DNA of 37,703 nucleotides from an uncultured bacterium (GTDB lineage Bacteria; Lernaellota; Lernaellaia; Lernaellales; Lernaellaceae): NCBI GenBank assembly GCA_964534375.1, contig CAZHPN010000039.1, positions 1 to 37,703 of the forward strand, read 5' to 3'. Shown piece by piece: positions 35,137 to 37,703 of this stretch (position 1 is its first letter; each line of letters starts with the position of its first letter). The notes under the pieces were generated by a model. It saw only the letters and a program-made list of their open reading frames with translations, ran no database searches and was not told where the DNA came from. The position numbers and the translations under genes were made by a program.

Positions 35137-37703
35137 TCACGCCGCCGAGAACGTCCCCGACGTGCAGGTGTCGCGAATCCACAGATTGCCGGCCGCGGCG
35201 TCGAAGAACCAGCCCGACGTAGCGGCGTTCCAGTCGTCGTAGCTGGTGTAGTTCGTCAGCGCACCCGAGGGCCCGGTCACGGTGGTCGGCGCCCCGCCGC
35301 CGTACGTGGCCGGGACGGCGCACAACGAATACGTCCGCGCGAGCGGCGCGCCGGAAACGGCCAGCGTGAAGGATTCGCCGGTCTGCGACATGGCGAACGC
35401 GGTGCCGTCGAAAAGTTTGAACGAGGTCGCGCCCGAGGGGTACAGGTTGACCCACATCAAATTGTCCGCGCTCTGCAGGGTCACGATCGTCGGGTCGGTG
35501 GTCGGATAAAGCGTCTGCACCGACGGATCGAGCAGCGGAATGATCGCGCCGGCCTTGGCGTACACGGGAATGCTGTCGAGCGCGGCGGTTTCGGTGAAAT
35601 GCCCTGGACCCTGGTGCACGGCGTTGGTCCAGAACGACACCCACGTGCCGGCGGGGAAATAGACGTCGCGCGTCGTCGCGCCTTGCAGGTAAACCGGCTC
35701 GACCAGCAGCCAGTCGCCGAGCAGATAATCCCAATTGCGGGCGTAGGTATTCGTATCGCTCATGAATTGCAGCGGCAGCATGCGCATCATCGGCGCGCCG
35801 GTCTGCGTCGCCTGCTGCGCATAGGCCTTCATATAGGGATAAAGGCGCGTGTGCCACACGGCGTAGGTCTGATAAATTTGCGCCATCGGCGCCGCGTACA
35901 CTTCCCAGGTTTCCTGCGCGCCGTTCTTCGGGCTCTCGAAGATCGGCCGGAAGGCGGAATACTCCGTCCAGCGCGCGAGCAGCTCCAGATCGTCCGGGTT
36001 GTAATCGGCGAAGCCGCCGTCGTTCGAGCCGTAGTAGGGGAAGCCGGCGGTCCCGAGCGTCAAGCCGCCGATGATGTCCGCGGGGAGGCCCAGATTTTCG
36101 ATCCCGACGCCCCACCCGTGCTTCATGTCGCCCGGCCAGTAATAGTTGACATGCACCTGCTCGCCCCAGACGGCGGTGCGGACGGTCGAGATGCCCGTGC
36201 CCGGGTTGTATTGCTGCGCGAGATCCCAGAAGAGTTGGTGATATTGCCATTTATAATTGTACCAGTCGGTCTGAACGTTCCCGTACCCGCCCATGTCGAA
36301 GGCGCCGACCGTCCAGAGGCCCAGCGTGTCCGCGCCGACGTACTCGCCGCCGTCCATCTTGAAGCCCTGCACGCCCATCTTCATCACGCCGCTCGCGAGG
36401 TTCTGATACCACGCGTAAGCCGCCGGGTTGAGAAAATTGACCATGCAGCCGTCGCCGTGCCACCACTTGTACTGATATAACACGCCGAGAATCGGCACGA
36501 GGTACCCGTTTGTCTTGGCGTAATCGAATTCCGCCGAGTTGTCGGAAATCATGCCCGGCTCTTCCACCGGCGACGTGAGGTCGACGAACTCCGCCGTCCA
36601 CAAATAAAACGCGTAGCCTTTCTGATGGGCGTAGTCGATCATCGCCTGCGCATCGACGAACTGGCAGCCCGACGGGCATTGGTTGAATTGAAATGTTTGG
36701 TAGGCGGTTTCCCACGGCGCGTCGACCTGATAGACCGACGTTGGGATGCCGTGCGAGCGCATCGCGTCCATGTCGGATTGCGCGTCTGCATCGGAATTGA
36801 TCTGATCGCGCCAATCGAGATGGCCAAAGAGATAGTCGGGGTTCATTGGCGGCCGGCCCGTGACGGCGGTGTAGCCGGCGATGACGTTCAACGGATCGGG
36901 GCCGTAAAAGACGTGCGTGCGCAAGGCGGTCGCGTGGTATTTGTAACCGTACGCGCTCGGCAAACTGCTGCCCATATCGAAGTAGCCGTGCGCTTTCGAT
37001 TCGACGAACAGGCCGTAGCCGCGGTTGGAAATGTAAAACGGCATCGCCGCGTGATTCTGGATGTAATCGGACGAGAGATCTTCGCTGAGGCCGACGAACA
37101 TGGTCTTCAGTTGGCCGAGCTGGTCGATATTGTCGAACTGCAGGCCGAGCCCGAAGAAATGCTCGTCGGGGTCCAACTTGTACGCGCCGGTGTGATATTC
37201 GATGTCATCGACGCCGCCGCCGGTCGCGGTGAAATACAAGTGGTCGTTGCCGTCGACGTGGAAGGCCACCGAGAGCGACGCCTCGTGCGTGCCCGTGGCG
37301 GAATCGACCGCGCGCACTTTCAAGACATGGTCGCCGTTCTCGATCCGGTCGGCCAGCACCTGCTTGGCGTAATACCAGTCGCCGCCGAGCTGACCGGTTT
37401 GGAACGCGTGCGGCAGGAACACCATCGGCGAAAGGTTGAGGTCTTTCTTCGACGTCTCGGGCGTGGCCAAAAGAATCGCGGCGTCCGGACCGTCGATTTC
37501 CAGGTAGTACGGGTTCGTCTGCACGCGGATCGTCATGTCGCCGGCCGGAATGACGATCCACTCGGGCAGTGCGGAGTCGTCGTCGGCCGGCGAGGCGTCG
37601 TCGTCGGGCGAAACGTCGTCGTCGGGCGAAACGTCGTCGTCGGGCGAGGCGTCGTTGTCGTCGTCATCGGGCGCGGCGTCGTTGTCGTCGTCGATTTTGG
37701 CCG
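35137..37703 (-). CDS. Glycoside hydrolase family 31 protein, 5'-partial, with an Asp-rich N-terminal linker
   Basis: EHFFGLG, PFYISNRGYG, YTAVTGRP, VNFLNP.AYAWY, nucleophile GFKMDGGE, acid/base WPGD, ELLARW, APMMRML, YLLGDWLLVEPV. The frame stays open to the window edge through (SPDDD)n repeats. Confidence 0.9.
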   Translation of the reverse strand, partial: AKIDDDNDAAPDDDDNDASPDDDVSPDDDVSPDDDASPADDDSALPEWIVIPAGDMTIRVQTNPYYLEIDGPDAAILLATPETSKKDLNLSPMVFLPHAFQTGQLGGDWYYAKQVLADRIENGDHVLKVRAVDSATGTHEASLSVAFHVDGNDHLYFTATGGGVDDIEYHTGAYKLDPDEHFFGLGLQFDNIDQLGQLKTMFVGLSEDLSSDYIQNHAAMPFYISNRGYGLFVESKAHGYFDMGSSLPSAYGYKYHATALRTHVFYGPDPLNVIAGYTAVTGRPPMNPDYLFGHLDWRDQINSDADAQSDMDAMRSHGIPTSVYQVDAPWETAYQTFQFNQCPSGCQFVDAQAMIDYAHQKGYAFYLWTAEFVDLTSPVEEPGMISDNSAEFDYAKTNGYLVPILGVLYQYKWWHGDGCMVNFLNPAAYAWYQNLASGVMKMGVQGFKMDGGEYVGADTLGLWTVGAFDMGGYGNVQTDWYNYKWQYHQLFWDLAQQYNPGTGISTVRTAVWGEQVHVNYYWPGDMKHGWGVGIENLGLPADIIGGLTLGTAGFPYYGSNDGGFADYNPDDLELLARWTEYSAFRPIFESPKNGAQETWEVYAAPMAQIYQTYAVWHTRLYPYMKAYAQQATQTGAPMMRMLPLQFMSDTNTYARNWDYLLGDWLLVEPVYLQGATTRDVYFPAGTWVSFWTNAVHQGPGHFTETAALDSIPVYAKAGAIIPLLDPSVQTLYPTTDPTIVTLQSADNLMWVNLYPSGATSFKLFDGTAFAMSQTGESFTLAVSGAPLARTYSLCAVPATYGGGAPTTVTGPSGALTNYTSYDDWNAATSGWFFDAAAGNLWIRDTCTSGTFSAA

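Overview
High-GC bacterial chromosomal segment. Asp-rich lipoproteins and many short intergenic palindromes suggest an uncultured deltaproteobacterial/Myxococcota-like lineage, but this is inference. The left half (2394-17027, minus strand) is a tightly coupled type-1-like BREX defence operon: brxA-brxB-brxC-pglX-pglZ-brxL. Its pglX is split cleanly at the methyltransferase/target-recognition (TRD) boundary into two intact ORFs, with a Fic-domain toxin gene between them, overlapping both neighbours. The C-terminal PglX half begins with about 54 extra residues carrying a VbhA/FicA-like inhibitory motif (TQAREG, matching (S/T)xxxE(G/N)). A Fic antitoxin therefore appears fused to the BREX specificity subunit. 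Toxin, antitoxin and TRD lie together in a low-GC block. This is the best candidate for an undescribed system, namely a toxin that guards or is linked to BREX PglX. The right half holds ordinary accessory genes: ABC ATPase, a frameshifted polysaccharide pyruvyl-transferase-like gene, papain-like protease, msrAB, NmrA, three GT-C-like membrane proteins, alpha/beta hydrolase, PNGase F-like lipoprotein, RpiB-family isomerase, IolD-like ThDP enzyme and a partial GH31. No database searches were possible, so all family calls rest on motif recognition.
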